Source: Stylophora pistillata (Eukaryota). From it: DNA of 64,000 bases. Position numbers and translations under genes: made by a program. Below are positions 1 through 12,477 of the stretch, piece by piece (position 1 is the stretch's first letter; every line of letters begins with the position of its first letter). The notes under the pieces are model-generated. The model had not been told where the DNA came from, did not search any database, and was given only the letters and a program-made list of their open reading frames with translations. The stretch covers positions 495,133 through 559,132 of the forward strand of contig NW_019217946.1 in assembly GCF_002571385.2 (NCBI RefSeq). The letters are read 5' to 3'.

Positions 1-63
1 ATAAAAATGCAGAAAAAGAACTCGGCCAATATCCAACCATCTTGACCTCACGCTTGGTTAATA
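1..63. repeat. End of a short interspersed repeat (MITE-like)
   Basis: aaagaactcggccaatatccaaccatcttgacctcacgcttggttaata; degenerate reverse-complement-like copies (ttattgaccgagcg(g/t)gaggtaaag) occur at ~7368, ~17717 and ~27178. Confidence 0.45.
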
Positions 64-537
64 GCGCATATTTGTTTAGCATCCTTATCCCAGAGCAACC
101 TTGGAACAGATTAATAAACTCCTCTTCTGTTAATTCTTAAGCAGGTTTGAATGATGACTGCTGACAATGCCTATTAAGCTATGATTGCCGTCTGAATGTT
201 ATGCAACACTATACGGAAGTCAAGAGTAAGGGGCAAACTATTTTTAGCAACTTGCTCATACGCAAGCAACAGATGATTAAAATATACAGACACGGGGAAA
301 CGAATAAGGAAACTGATAAAATAGCAGATCAATTAAAAGGGAAAGCTGGTTAACAGAGCTTAAAACATCTCAGTAATATCTGATCCCCCAGAGTGCATAC
401 ATTGAGGAAAACTAGAACTTCACAGTGCCATTTTTGGCACGCAATTTCACCGCGAGAAAAGCATTCAGCCGGAAATTAAACAATATTGGAACTTGGCTCA
501 TGTAAAAACTCTAGAAATTCCGTCTTGAAGTACTTAC

Positions 538-568
538 CCATCTCTGAAGACTCAGAGATGCTGTCAGT
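538..568 (-). CDS. Gene A0 (partial): first coding exon of a death-domain gene whose remainder lies left of the window
   Basis: Reads ACT GAC AGC ATC TCT GAG TCT TCA GAG ATG G|gtaagta, homologous to exon 1 of A1/A2/A3. Flanks (~70-1940) align with A3 flanks (~27440-30110). The first ATG of the paralogs is ACT here; the donor-adjacent ATG is kept. Confidence 0.6.
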
Positions 569-3043
569 CCAAGTGCTCTTGCCTAGTGATCGAAAGGCAT
601 TGATTGTCAGACAAAGCAAAACCAATTCAACCGGACAGCACGACGCGTATGATGGTCTCTACGTAAATAAGCGCTGAACAGGTTAATTGGCCGATTTTTA
701 TACCTGTCTGATGGGCTTATTGTCTTTATCTGGACTGAAATTGTGGAATTACAAAGTACGTAGTCCTCCCTGTATCGAAACTTCCGCGCAGTGTTGTGTA
801 CTATTTTCCGCTTATGTGCCGAATTTACTTTGGCAAACTTATCTTCTGTGCACGAACCCCTGCCACAAAATCTGCAAGTGACAAATGGAATGATAAACAC
901 CAGCTGTTTCTTCGCAAGGCGACCGCTAGTTGCAATGAAATGATCAAAGTGGAGCTGTGTGCTCAGACTTGTAAGGCAATTGAAGCTCATAAGAAAGTTA
1001 TTTCCTCACCACTTTGAAGCTATGACGTCAGTAGTGGACTGCCAACACTCCACAATTTTTAAAAGTAGCTTTGTCAAAGCCTTATCACAATGTGGAGCTC
1101 AGGAAAATTTTAATCAGCACAGAGTAAAGCTTAAGCTGTGTTCAGACTTGTAAATCCAAGGCATTTCATTTTGAAACTTAATGAAAGTAATTTCCTGGAT
1201 GCTTCGAAGCTATATATGACGTCAAATCAAGTTATAAAAATAGCTTTGGGAAATGCTGGTAGGGGTTTTCAGATATGTTAATTATGGGAAAAAAGATTAA
1301 AGTATTTATTAGACATGCTGCTCAAAGTCCCTCCAACGTCGTCACATTTAATTTTTGTCCCCTCTCCACTTTATTAATTAATTTACAATGATTAAAGTGA
1401 ATCTAGACTGATTGAGTATGTCAGTTTGTACAAAGAATGGTAATACAGTATCAGGTCTCGAGTGTTTTAAATATGTTTTGCTCTTCCTAATTTGACAAGT
1501 TTCCAGTTGTTAATCCACTATGTTTTTAAAGCTCAGTTGTTGCAGCATGCCTTTATTTGTGCGGGAAACTTTCCAGGCTCTCCAGTCAGTGACTAAGGCT
1601 CATAAGTAATAAATTTAACCATCCTTTTTTGTGAATAGTTCTCATTACGTACTTTAATTCTAAATAGAAATGAGATATTTATATGAACGTGTGTACGTTA
1701 AGGACAAAGAGCTTAATGGTTTATTCGTTTCACAAATTTCTGTACATGATGAAAAAAACAACAACGACAGTAAATTGTTGCAATCGAAAAAAAATTTTGT
1801 TCTACAGTTTTTTATTCGATAGGAAGATGTGGTCGACTTTGTCACAAATTTATGCAGGTCAAAACTAAGGTGAGATATAAAGATAATTGATCTAATTACC
1901 TCTGCGGAAACATGATCTCTGCATACAACTGACGTGGTATACCTGCAGCCTCCAAAACTGAACGAGATTGCAACATATGCATCACCACACTGTTACAACG
2001 CCAGCATCATCATCAAAACGTTTGTTCGTGCGTAAAACCTAAGTCATTAAATTCTTTTTTAAAGCTGACCAGCCAGCTAAAGCCGACGCTTAGCCTCCTC
2101 ACGTCCGTAGAAGAGAATTATGACACTTTTGACCGAGAATAACTATTAATCGTGGAATTCTTGAGCCTTTTTGCTGATACGAAGTCCAAGCGCCAAGAAC
2201 AAAGAGATCAATGTCATAATAAGGCTGACAGTACAACTAATGCTGACTCCCACGAATCACTTTTCTGTAGAGAGCAACGATTGGTCTGTTTGGTTTTTTG
2301 TTCTGATTACTATCCCGGACTGACTTTTTTTCGCGTACAATTTGGGATGAATAAGCCCTTGTAAATTTTTAAAAAGACTGACAAAATTGCATAAGCCCGT
2401 TGTATGATCCGCAAACTCGAAAGACAACAACACCGAGATGAATACTCTGACCCCTAATTTGGACTCGTCACGCAACACTCACTCTCCCACGTCGTTGTGT
2501 GACAAGACCAAACAACGACCTGCTCGTAAGCTATGATAATGCTTACTGCCTCTCCTTCGTCACAAGCAAAGTCTTAATTATTATTCTGGCCGTTAAAGGC
2601 CAGAAGCAGAAATTCCGTTTGGGTTTTCCTGTGCAGGAAAATGCGCCTTGTCCCCAATAAGTGCCCTCATTTGGGGTACCAAGAGTAAATTAGGGCCCGC
2701 CCGGCCCGGACGCTAAATGGAATCATAAGGGGACATGTTACTTAAAATAATTTTCAGTCATGTAACAATCGTTAGTTTATTTGTCTTAGCTCTTTTAATG
2801 CATTTACATCTGTATACTTTTTAAGTCTAAATTCTCGTGCGGGTTGGGCGTCTCGCATGGTCTCAGTGTCCCGTTCGCGTCAAAAAAGACAGGTCTTTAA
2901 CATTGATTTACAAGTCTTAAATGTCTCTCAGCTAACTACTACAATGTGACTTAGTTTGCTAATACTGACTTTATGCGTTTGGTAGATTTTCGACGACCAG
3001 TCACCTAGTGTTATGTGCAATTTAACTATCTTTCCTAAACCAT

Positions 3044-6000
3044 TCAAGAATTCCTGTGATTTATTGGCGAATAGGACATAAGGCGACACAGATTTTCTTC
3101 GCTTCCTTTTTTTCCGCTAAGGGTCTTCTTTGCAGTCTTTTTGATCTGTAAGAGAAGAATCATTTACTCCATGGCAAATAATGTAGAGGCACCATATGAT
3201 GGAACCAATTGACAGGACTGATATTGGAAAAGGAGGAATGGTGTTTAACTTATTCGGTTTCTCTTTTTTACTATTTCTCACTCGATAACTTTATGAAACC
3301 ATTTATTTTTTAGATATTCACTCGATAGAATTGCCAGTTCATTGACGTTTCTTAGTCCTCAAAAGCCAGCAAACAGACAGAAAAAATAGAAAGTTTTTGC
3401 CAGAATTTTCCCCAGTTGAGTTACAAAGTGAGCCAGAGTATATCGGATATAAATCGATCTGTCACAAGCAATTTCCCAAATTTTCCATAACCTCCCCTGA
3501 TAATTTGTTACGTTTGTACTCCCAGATACAGAGGGGTGTTGTGGGGGTAAAATGGTGAGACCGACTGGATCCTCTACCCGGACCATTAGAGAATTAATTT
3601 AACAGCTTACGGGACCTACTTTAGTAAAATACGTTCCAAACTTTTCATCCTCTCTCGTTGTTTCTGTCACTGGACTGGCAATCTGTTCACCTGGCCTGGC
3701 CTTAGGTTTGGACCTGGCGACTGGGTCTGTACATTGTCGTCTCAATTCCTATACAGCAGAGTAAAAAAATGTTCTGTTAAGAATGAATAAGGTCATGTCT
3801 TCAAGGCTGCCAAACGTCAAAAACGGCATGCAAACAAGGGTGGATCCGTAAATTTTTTGATAGGTAGGTCCAAAGTTTCATTCCGAAAATACAGTTTTTC
3901 CGCTAGAGCTTTAATGAGCAAGAGATATCTTAAGATAAGCGAAACTGAAATATTTAAACTTGATTGATAATACGCGATCCTATCGCTGGAAAAACTTTGA
4001 GAGGTGATTAAAATACCCAGAGGTCACGTGGGTAGCCCGCTGGATCCTCTTGACCGCTAATCTAAATCTGCTATTAGGTAAGTTCTCAAAGCGGCGAAGA
4101 CCAGAAAAGAAACAAAGGAACAAGCAGTTTTCAGATCAAACAAAGAGTGGATGGAAATAAATATGTAAAAGAATTTCATCTTAGGAGAGCTTTATTTCTC
4201 AACCTCAACGTTTTTTGGAGAGCAATTTGTTAACTTCATTCATAAGCTCAACATTTACCTTTTCCCAATGACATGTCTTTCCGGGGACTCCACATCCAAN
4301 NNNNNNNNNNNNNNNNNNNNNNNNNNNNNNNNNNNNNNNNNNNNNNNNNNNNNNNNNNNNNNNNNNNNNNNNNNNNNNNNNNNNNNNNNNNNNNNNNNNN
4401 NNNNNNNNNNNNNNNNNNNNNNNNNNNNNNNNNNNNNNNNNNNNNNNNNNNNNNNNNNNNNNNNNNNNNNNNNNNNNNNNNNNNNNNNNNNNNNNNNNNN
4501 NNNNNNNNNNNNNNNNNNNNNNNNNNCAATACAAATTTAAAAGCAAATTTTCATCCATACCGTTGAGAAAAGACCTCTCCACAGATTTTCCAACCTATTA
4601 ACCTGTCTCTGTCGGTTGGTCTGATAAAGTAGGAGTTTGCCAAACTCTTTTTTTTCTTCGTCGGTCATTTTATCTTGCGCCGTTGCCAAATCCTCAACTC
4701 GATGCACCGCGTCGTTGTGTTCCGCTCTGAGACCGTGATAAGCAAAGTCGTAAAACTCTCGTTTCACCTCCTCGCTGCATTTGCAAGTCTCTGCCACCAT
4801 GGAGAGGACTGCGCTGTAGAGCTCTTGTAGCCTTTTACTGATTGTTCCCAAGAGATCGAGCGTGACAGGAACTTTCAGTTTGTCTTCTTTTATTTCTGGC
4901 AATTCTAACACAGACGTTACATTTTTATAAAGGCGATCGTTGAGGTCTTTCAGCCTTTCGTTGATTTCACCCTCTTTGTCTGCTCTTTCTGGTTCAATGT
5001 AATTTGTGCTATCTTCTGATTCATCTTCCCGGTGTGAAATGTCAAAGTTCTGGGCTAAATTCTTCAAAAGTAAACAGAACGTTGCATGTCATCAGAAGGA
5101 AAAGTAGTGAGGTGAGTTACAATTTGCTCATAGCAGGATTAATGCGTAAATACTTAATTATAAGGCCGTGCGAGAACTCTGAAACAAGACGCACCGCTCG
5201 CCACACGCGTGACTATATTATTCTGTCGTTATCACCAGGAGTCTTTAGGTAATGACTAGTGGGTACTTATCTTTGTGCACGTGATTCGGGGATAAGCTAA
5301 AAAGCGCGCGATACTTGTGAATATGCTCTGGAAATTTCTTAAAAACTGAGGACATACCCAACGAAAAATTGCCAAAAGGCGAATCAAGAAAACATCTGCC
5401 TACCTGCTCTGGCCTGTCTCCTCTTATTCCAGCCAAGTCCTCTTTCGGCTTCGAACTTCTGGTCTTCCACTTTTGACACTGTTCTATAGTAGATGAAATC
5501 AAAAGAAACGTTTTCAGAATTAGGCTTTGCGAAAAACTTTTGGAGCATTGAGCAATTGTTTAAAGGTGTCAGGGAAATTCAGCCCAATTGTATTGGAAAT
5601 TATATATATGGCAAGGTATGTGTATGTCTAGAGAAGCAAGAACCAAAACAAAGCGTAAAATGTGGTTGCCAACCTCTTGAGAAGTGTCGTGAAGTTCTTG
5701 TTTCACTCTAGACAGCTCCTCTTCCAGTTGGTGAATTCTTGTACGTAATTTATTGCTCTGTTTCATCAAAAAGTACACAGGAAAATTTTATTTTAGGTTT
5801 TGTTTTTCCCACACGGAAAGAATTAGATAAAGTATCCATCGTTTGACAAGGGATAGTTTGTTACCATGCTTGTAGGAAACGCGAAAAGGGAAAAGGAATG
5901 AGGAAAAGGCCTTCACTGAATTCAGTTACCAACCTCTTCTAAACTGTCTTGAAGCTGTTTTGTCATACTCTGCTTTTCCTTTTCTAGCTCCTGCTTTCTC

Positions 6001-8278
6001 ATTTCCAGTTGATGACACTATTCATTTATGAATGTAAATCCGTTAAAAGTTACAAAGAGCTAATTCTGTTAAGAATAGGAAAAACTAAATTTTACTTCTC
6101 AAATCTCTCACCTCTTTTTTCAAATGTTTGCAGGTTTTCTCAATGACATCAATTCCATTCACCATCTGCAGTAAGATAACAAATCAAACTTTAAATTTTC
6201 TCAAGCTGATGACTCCTCTATACGCTAACCTCTTGCATAGTTTAAACTTTTTTCGGGAAGAACGTTTCAGTTCTTACAGAGGAAAAAACTCTGAAAATGC
6301 TCTTAGGAACATTTTAGCTCGTTTTGCTCCATATCCTTCAGCTTTTGACTTAAGGTCAAAGTCATCCATGCACACAGGAAAGATTCTTAGAGAGATATAA
6401 ACTAAGTCTTATCCTATTACACTTGTACTGCTAGAAGTTGATAATTTACCTGCTTTGAGTCGTTTGTTCCTGGTTCGACATCCTCTCCTGATAACAAGAG
6501 ATCTTAAAATAAAGTTGCATTGAGAATATTTTTCATTACCTACACTTTCATTTATAAGAAAAAAAACATATGTCATTCACTCTTTGTAAGACTTAAAAAC
6601 GGGTGAAGTGCCGCATAAAAAATAACTCAACAAAAGTTGACACAATAGTGGAAATCATCCCTAGTCCCTTACTAAAAGTACCATAGCTTAGAGTTATACA
6701 GAGAGCACGAGTTAATACGCGCTAAGAGGTTTTTGTTCAGCGTATTTCGTTCATTTGTCTTCGTTCGACTTAGAAATGAGTCTAGTATATCATTAAGAAT
6801 AAACTACCAATATTTAAAACGTGAAACGAGATCATCCCTAATCGCGAGTCAGCTTCCGAATACAAAGTAACATTTCGTACCCTGAAGTATTTCAGCCACT
6901 TTTTTAAGCCTTATTTTGGTTAGAGCATCAGCGAGCCTTTCAAGAGTAGCATCGTTTCCCTCCTGATTGATCCAGGCTACAATGACTGTGATGCAGCACT
7001 CATTGGTGACGCCCTTCTTGTCATTCTCAATCGTGCCAATAACAGCTTCTTGGAAATCTAGATGTCGTGCCATCTGTTTCCACTTGTCCCCAATCTTATC
7101 AGGCAATTGATGTTGGTGCATGACGTGGTCACTCATCAGTTTCCGGCTGCACTTAATGCTGGAACAACCTGCTAAAAGTACCGTAGCTTAGAGTAACACA
7201 GAGTACATGTTAATACGCGCTAACAGGTTTTGTTCAGCAAATTGGTTATAGTGAAAAAGTATGGAAGCGATAAAATTTTCCTGTATAAATAAAATCGCAC
7301 TCAAAGATGTTCTTGAGGATCAGTGATCGATGATCTGGTGCTAGTACGCCAGTAGGCTATTCACGTATTATTGACCGAGCGGGAGGTAAAGCTGGTCGGG
7401 CGCTAGCAAAGCTTTTGTTTGCGTCATCTTGGTAGACGAGGACTGAACCCTTTCAAACATCTGAATGGCCAGCACAAACTCTGACATGTTAATTTAGAAC
7501 AGTGTCCCCAATTACTTCTGCTGACCAAAATGATGTGAGGTATCTATTTTACTCGTTATTCAAATGAGCCGTGAATCATTGACATAATAAAGATGTAGGC
7601 TACGCTTTGTTTAACATCCTGATCCCCGAAAAAGTTTTTTTGTTTCTGCAGGATAGATAACACCACTTGTCTGCTAATTCTTAGGAAGAATTGAAAGATG
7701 ATACTGCTGGTAATACGTTTTAAAGCTACAATTGTCTTTGACGGACCAAATATGGGGGAGAAAGCAATTCGATGATACGATATGCCGCAAACGATAACGA
7801 TATACAGCGTAGAAAACTGTCAATTTTGCTGTCAGCGAACTGCATCTTAAGTAATTATATAGCTAAGAGACTCCGAATACGTGGAATGCCGGTTACGTAT
7901 ACTTTGAAGGGAATTGTCCCTTTGCCGTTCTTTATGCGGAAGTCAAGGGCAAAGGGGCAAAGTAGACTGAGCAACAACAAGGTTTTATACACGCACACGG
8001 AAACACTGAAGGAATATGATAAAATAGAAGATTGATCCGAAGAAAAAATATATTAACTGAACATTAAATACCTCACTCATATTTGATACATGCAATGCAC
8101 ATAATTAAAAAAAAAAATAACCAAAATTTTCAACTCTACTGCTACAATGTAATTTCGCTAAGAGAAATTATCTACCGGAAATTATTGCGGCAATATTGGA
8201 ACTTAGCTAAGATAGACCCTAACTAAATTCCGCTATGATGTACTTACCCATTTCTGAGGATTTAGAGATATTTTCCAT
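3044..8278 (-). CDS. Gene A1: death domain + coiled-coil + helical-bundle protein (~469 aa)
   Basis: Predicted exons: 8278-8248 (MENISKSSEM), 7168-6881 (death domain IGDKWKQMARHL...WINQEGNDATLERLADALTKIRLKKVAEIL), 6502-6450, 6165-6112, 6017-5934, 5757-5674, 5478-5404, 5061-4561 (helical domain), 3748-3611, 3145-3044 (TGA). All junctions are GT-AG with compatible phases and are conserved in A2/A3, except the A1-only 5478-5404 exon. One intron contains an N-gap. Confidence 0.8.
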
Positions 8279-9115
8279 GTGTCTTGTACCCTTCAAGATA
8301 GCGTGTCAAAGTAATCAGTTTCGTAGGAGTCAAACAGTATTGTCTGTCAGACAAAACAATATTAATATCTTAGGCAAGAGCTCGTACGAAAATTTTCATT
8401 TTAACTCAGGAGTTGTACATCTTTCAGACGGCCGTTTTGTTTACCTGTTTGAAAGGTAAATAACCTCTTCCAGGAAAACTGGAGAATCGCAAGGTGCACA
8501 ATCTAGAGCTAAATGGAGCTAGCCAGAAATGATTTCCTTGTCGGATGTTGTCAAGCTAAGCCAGTCGTCATGTGACAGCAGGTCAGTGAACCGTTAACAA
8601 CCAATGGGGTTTTTTAAATTAGAAGTTACAATGTCATCAGATTTCTATAAAAAAACTCGTATGTGTTATTTTAGAGGAAAGAACGAAGAACGGCACACTT
8701 TTGTCAAGTCAGCATTTTCTTTCTCTTCTTTCGAAGATGGTTGACTGGAAGTAAACTGCTACAGTCGTTGGGATTAATCTCATAGTCACGAAAACCCCTC
8801 ATACCTACACCAGCTTCTGAGAACTAGTGAAGACTCAAAACTGTCTTTAGTGTTTACAGATAATCATCCAGCCCAAATTATGAGATAGCTTGAGAGTCCA
8901 CGCGAGCCTCGAAGGCGGTTACGAAAGGCGCGCGCACTTTCCGAGAAAAGACTGAGGAAAAGAGCACTTTTAATTATAAATGGTTGATAAACATATTAAA
9001 TATATGTGGGATTGATACATGCTGCTTGGAACCGATCTAACATAATCAAAGTTGATTTTTGTTCCACGCCAGCTAATTAATTGATGAAAAATAATAAAAT
9101 GGAATCGCGTACGGT

Positions 9116-9185
9116 GATGACTTGTATCAAGTCGTGCGTGACTCGCATCAACTCGCGGGTGACTTGTATCAATTCGTGGGTGACG
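9116..9185. repeat. ~21-bp x3 tandem repeat upstream of A1 (homologous copy at 19541-19616 upstream of A2)
   Basis: Repeated unit approximately tgacttgtatcaa(g/t)tcg(t/c)g(c/g)g, visible in the sequence. Confidence 0.75.
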
Positions 9186-11654
9186 CTTAAAATAACGTGA
9201 ACCTGACAAGTTTTCAATTGTTTATGACTATCCACCAATTTTATAAAGCTCAGTCGCTACAAGATGCCTAATTTGTGTAGCAAATTGTCTAAGTTCTCAG
9301 TGGCCGAGGTCGATAGATAGGTAAACTTAACAATCCTTACTTAAATAGTTTTGATTGTATACAAATCGCATTAGATCACAAATGTTTGTTGGAGCGTGCT
9401 AGTGGTTTATTATTTTCACATATTTCTGTATAGGATAGAAAAATTAATAAAAAGAGTCACATCGAAACTTCCATATTAGTTCCATTTTCGAATGGACACA
9501 AATATGCAGGTCAAGCAAAGGTGAGGTATAAAGCAAATTATTTTATCATAACCTCTGCGGAAACATCATCTCTGCCACCAGACGAGGTTTTCATTAAAAG
9601 CGTAACTGTTTTATTCGGCTCTATCATTTCTCTAAAAGATTTAAATCATTTATGTATCCACTGTATAAAGTAACTTGCCTGAAATTTCAGACCAGAGGTT
9701 ACAGTTGGATAATTGCTGAGCTTCCCCGTACAGCAAAGGTGTTTTTCCCGGTTTTACAGTTTTATGTACTGAATTTCGGATCAAACGACATCGATCATGG
9801 ATGACGAAAGTCTGGAAAGGTTCCAGGTTAAGCGGAGGAATACCTTCCTTTACATTAATGCAGAGGTGCTTAGTAATCTAATTTCCTTCGAATAGCTTTC
9901 TCCATTGGGGCTTAGTTAAGATTTGTACAGTGACCGTTGGTTATCCTTCAATTTACTTTAACTTTCTCTTTCGTGGACGCCTCCGCAAAAACAAGAATCC
10001 CTCAACTTTAAGGGAGGGGGGTACCCCTCCTTACTGTAGAATACGAATGACCTGGTTAAAAAGCTTACTAAGGTAAACCAATCTATTTGCGAAGAAATCG
10101 TTCGCCTTCAAGCCCTTTAAAATAGAGATAAAAGTAAATCGTTATGTGGGGTGTTAGAAACTTGTCCTAAAAAGCGATTAAAGGATTACGATTTTAATGG
10201 AGAACTCGAAGTCACAAAAAGGTACGAAAAAAAAAATCCCTACGTGATGCTGGTGCGAGCCCATGAAACTTAACATACTGAGTGGCTGTTTGGAATCAGG
10301 TGATACGAGGCGATTGCGTGACGCATAACGAAAGCGGAAGGATACCCTCTCTATAGATGAATCCTCGTTACCATGTTAAAGAACATGTTTATTCTTACGG
10401 AATATTCTTTATTTTGCTAGAATTTGAGAAGTCTGCAATTCAGTTTTCATTTGAAGTACCGTCTAAAGTAAATGGTTGATGCGAAATGTCAACGAAAACC
10501 TGCTGCTCCTTTCTCTCAGACGCCTTTTTTTTTAACCAGCGCCTTAAAAGGCCGATAGTCCAATAAATGTCAGCAATAACTGGTTAACTTTTAAAAGCCA
10601 CCACGACTTTTAAGCTCGATGAGCAAACATGAAATCTGTTCGGTGTCCACTAACAGACTACTACCAACCAATTTTGTTTTTATTGTACGTTCTCAATCAG
10701 AACTAAAATAGTGGTGCTGCTTTTGAACCGAACGATTTGGAAAATCCTTAAGGATAGAGAGTGACTCATCTCAACAAATTATAAGAAATCCGACATGATT
10801 CTTAGTTACCTCTAATAATCCCTGTTTCTTCTGCTCAAAAGCCGGTTGCTTCTGGTAGAACTCTCTGTTTCTGACCTAAATCCCGTTGGTTTAAACAACT
10901 CATTTTATATCAACAATCCGGAACTTTTCCAAGGTCATTATTGCCCTTTTGTTTGGCAGCCTTTAAATTAACAAACCCATTTGTATTGTTTAAATATTCG
11001 TGTGGGCATCAACTTTGTAGGCCTGGCACACGCGAAATCTTTGAGGAGGTTCGTTTGTTTCTGATATCGTTACCGAAACGTTTTTCCTGCATGTTATTAA
11101 CACAGTTTCCCGTCATCATCAAGCAATATCAAGCATGAATATTTTTGGTGAGACAATGTTTGAATTTTATTTCACGATATATTTTGAATTGATGTTGAAT
11201 TGTTGGTTGTTCTAGGTTTTGATGTATTAGCGAGTGCGCCCGTCGTGCACACACGTGATTAACCATGACTCCTTGCGGGTTCTAATATATTCCATGTGCT
11301 TGATATGAGATAGCGACCAAGTTTGGCTCATCCTCGGTGTAAAAACCTGTGAAGCTCACGAGTGACGTAAAACAAAGACAACAAAACATTATAAACAATA
11401 GCGTACAGCAAAACAATACCTCATGAAACAAAGAAAACCTGGTCAGGTGTTTACACCGAGGATGACCCCAAATTACTCTTAGATCGCAGCTAACTTACAT
11501 GGTTCAAGAGAAAAACCAGACTTCTAACCACCTTGTTAAAAACACGGGGCTTCGCATTCTGCTTCCTATACAATTCCAAATGCTTGCAATGTCTTTACGT
11601 GCAAGTTGCACGGGTGGACGTTATTGGAGATAAAAGTACTGGGTTCTACACAAT

Positions 11655-12230
11655 TATAATAAAAACAGTTTAATACTTATATTGCTCAATTTCAATATGT
11701 TAAATGACCAAAGTTGCAGTACATAAAATGCTAAAACAGTTTATCTATCATAAACTTAAAATAAAAATTAATGGACAATTCAATTACTAACATATTAAAA
11801 ACAAATAAGAAATTTATTATATATAAATATCACATAAGATAAAATCTGATGAAAAGCAAGTCTAAAAAGATAGGTCTTTAACATTTATTTAAAAGTATGA
11901 ACTGTCTCTCATTAAGTAAATCCTGGGGTAAATTTTTCTATAATTTTGGAGCAGCCGCCAAATGTCAAGACATTTGGTAACTGCTAAAGTAAACCTTGAG
12001 AAGATCTGACATTATATGGATTGCTACCTATAATGCTAATCAGTTCACATGCATATTTTGGAGCAATCCTATAAATTACCTTAAATGTAAATAAAATGAC
12101 TTTGAAATCTATTCTAAATTTAACCGGTTACCAATGCAAAAAGTTAAAAACTGTTGTAATATGAGAGTATCTTGGTATATTGTATAAAAGCCTAGCTGCT
12201 TAAAGTTTTTGTAATTTCATTAATGGAACC
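11655..12230 (-). mobile_element. Decayed 3' end of an L2-group LINE
   Basis: Minus-strand translation AARLLYNIPRYSHITTVFNFLHW*PVKFRIDFKVILFTFK...FK*MLKTYLFRLAF matches the LHWLP..RI.FK and LKTYLF C-terminal motifs of L2 ORF2. Contains stop codons. Confidence 0.8.
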
Positions 12231-12279
12231 TTATCATCCCCGGTCAAGTTCATATCAGCTTTGGCTCTTTTGTTAACTC

Positions 12280-12430
12280 TTCGTTGACTTTGTGCGTTTG
12301 CTAGATCTTCGTTAACTTTGTGCCTTTTGCCTAATATTCGTTTACTTTGTGCCTTCGCTAGATCTTCGTTGACTATATGAGCCTTTTGCTAAATATTCGT
12401 TGACTTTGTGCGTTTGCTAGATTTTCGTCC
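12280..12430. repeat. 28-31-bp minisatellite (5 copies) in the predicted 3' UTR of A2
   Basis: Unit approximately tcgttgactttgtgcgtttgctagatct. Three copies at 22711-22798 (A3) and about one at ~2965-2990 (A1). Confidence 0.85.
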
Positions 12431-12477
12431 ACTCGTCACCTAATATTATATGCGATTTCATTATCTCTTCCAGCCAT

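Noticed and set aside
607-1153. ORFs of 60-127 aa here and their look-alikes at 8235-8459, 18656-18880 and 28807-29098
   Set aside because: The similarity reflects duplicated non-coding or antisense DNA; frames are not preserved between copies and there are no recognisable motifs.
12280-12430. CRISPR-like array of ~29-bp repeats
   Set aside because: The units are contiguous with no unique spacers, there are no cas genes, and the context is a eukaryotic 3' UTR. It is a minisatellite.
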